A stretch of DNA of 63,789 bases, filler included, from Octopus bimaculoides (taxonomy: Eukaryota), in NCBI RefSeq assembly GCF_001194135.2. It is 5 parts of 4 records of this genome, joined end to end, with 100 filler letters (N's around TTAATTAATTAA, not from the genome) between each part and the next. Parts side by side here need not be neighbours in the genome. Positions count along the whole stretch, not along the records: positions 61,684 to 63,789 come from NW_026362192.1; 4 more parts are not named here. The stretch is one strand, 5' to 3'. This document shows positions 62,380 through 63,789 of this stretch, in pieces. A model generated the notes under the pieces. That model was not told the DNA's origin, searched no databases, and was given only the letters and a program-made list of their open reading frames with translations. Each line of letters starts with the position of its first letter. Within the stretch, counting starts at the first letter, position 1. The translations under genes were made by a program, and so were the position numbers.

Positions 62380-63230
62380 AGAAACGATAAAAGTAAAAAT
62401 CGAAAAAACTGTAAAAAAAAATGCAACAGGGTGAGGACGTAATAGACTACACAAATTTTTAAAAACCTCGAAGAAAAAATTGGGGTAACAATGCAAAAAT
62501 TACCAAACGGTTCTAAGAGAACTCTCAAAGAATCTCGAAACATTTTTGAAGACTTCAGAGTCATGAGTCTAAGAGAACTCTCAAAGAATATCGAAACATT
62601 TTTGAAGACTTCAGAGTCATGAGTCTAAGAGAACTCTCAAAGAATCTCGAAACATTTTTGAAGACTTCAGAGTCATGAGNNNNNNNNNNGACTTCAGAGT
62701 CATGAGTCTAAGAGAACTCTCAAAGAATATCGAAACATTTTTGAAGACTTCAGAGTCATGAGTCTAAGAGAACTCTCAAAGAATCTCGAAACATTTTTGA
62801 AGACTTCAGAGTCATGAGTCTAAGAGAACTCTCAAAGAATCTCGAAACATTTTTGAAGGCTTCAGAGTCATGAGATTACAATGTTTTAAAATTTATAAGT
62901 TTATCGCTTTAAAGATTTATTTAGATACAATATTTCACCCTCCTCTTTCACCTTCCCAACCTCTCCTCCTAACGGCGTTTACCCTGTTGTTTTTCTATAC
63001 TAGACTAAACTCTTAAAGATTTTATGTTTATTTAAACATCATAACCCCGAACAGATAATAGATAACTCGTCCCCATTCCGCACCTATACACACACATTTC
63101 GTACCATTTTTCAGCCAAAGTTACCCTCTCCTCATTTATATCTTCTTCGTCTATCACCTTGCCCTACACATATTTTCACTTTTATGTGTTATCAGCAATT
63201 TTAATATTCCGTTTTATCAATAAACATCTT
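62380..63230 (+). mobile_element. Decayed coding end and pyrimidine-rich 3' tail of a LINE-like repeat
   Basis: Frameshifted protein-like stretch MQQGEDVIDYTNF..KNLEEKIGVTMQKLPNGSKRTLKESRNIFEDFRVMRLQCFKIYK, then a tail homologous to 58581-58645 and AATAAA near 63218. Confidence 0.5.
62512..62874 (+). repeat. 56-bp tandem minisatellite, 6 full units plus a partial unit around a 10-N gap
   Basis: Unit TCTAAGAGAACTCTCAAAGAAT(C/A)TCGAAACATTTTTGAAGACTTCAGAGTCATGAG starts at 62512, 62568, 62624, 62707, 62763 and 62819. Confidence 0.97.
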
Positions 63231-63258
63231 GTCGATTCAACATTATTATTATCGTTTT

Positions 63259-63435
63259 GGTATTTCGCCCGTCGCTACGTTGTAAGCTCAAATTCCGCTG
63301 AAGTCGACTTTGTCTTTCATCCTTTCGGGGTCGATAAATAAAGTACCAGTGAAACACTGGGGTTGATGTAATCAACTAGTCCCCTTCCCCTAAATTTCAG
63401 GCCTTGTGTCTATAGTAGAAAGGATTATTATTATT
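63259..63435 (+). mobile_element. SINE family B copy
   Basis: AAATTCCGCTGAAGTCGACTTTGTCTTTCATCCTTTCGGGGTCGATAAATAAAGTACCAG...CAGGCCTTGTGTC, (ATT)n tail. Confidence 0.9.
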
Positions 63436-63789
63436 GTTTTGCTTATACCCCTTATTTTAATTTAATTTCATTAATCACTCGTGTGTGAGTGCGTGTATGT
63501 GTATGTATGCATGTATACATGCATGTATGTATGTATATATGTGTGTATGTATGCACGTATGTGAATGTGTTTGTCTATGAATGTACTCACACAACACACA
63601 CGGTTATATATATATATATACATATGATATGTGTGTGTGTGTATGTGTGGTTTAGCGTATCAATATGTATACATTTATGCCTATATTTGTGCGTATGTGT
63701 ATACTTGAACATACACATATACATATATGTGTATATATGTACATATATGTGCATCAACATGCACATTACTGTAATAGCATATATATATA

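Noticed and set aside
62512-62874. CRISPR-like regular repeats
   Set aside because: Units are directly adjacent with no unique spacers, there are no cas genes, and the context is eukaryotic.

Overview
AT-rich eukaryotic draft-assembly DNA with many N gaps and dense microsatellites. The repeat repertoire looks like an octopus (coleoid cephalopod) genome; this is inferred from remembered repeat families, not from a search. I found no supportable host protein-coding gene, tRNA gene, rRNA or CRISPR array, so the window is probably intergenic or intronic. It holds one full-length but broken Tc1-family transposon with DD36E spacing (483-1748) and decayed fragments of RTE, Tx1/L1-like and CR1/L2-like LINEs. 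It also holds at least four tRNA-derived or SINE-like families, two copies with clear target-site duplications, and several small tandem or inverted repeats. The most notable signal is a recurring set of type I hammerhead-ribozyme motifs in unrelated sequence contexts, most with a palindromic helix III of the kind known from Penelope-like elements. One has a fully intact core (3518-3609). Another sits in a ~510-bp head-to-head palindrome that joins a tRNA-like B-box, a (TAA)n tract and a hammerhead module (41010-41520). All RNA folds were done by eye and family names were not checked against databases.
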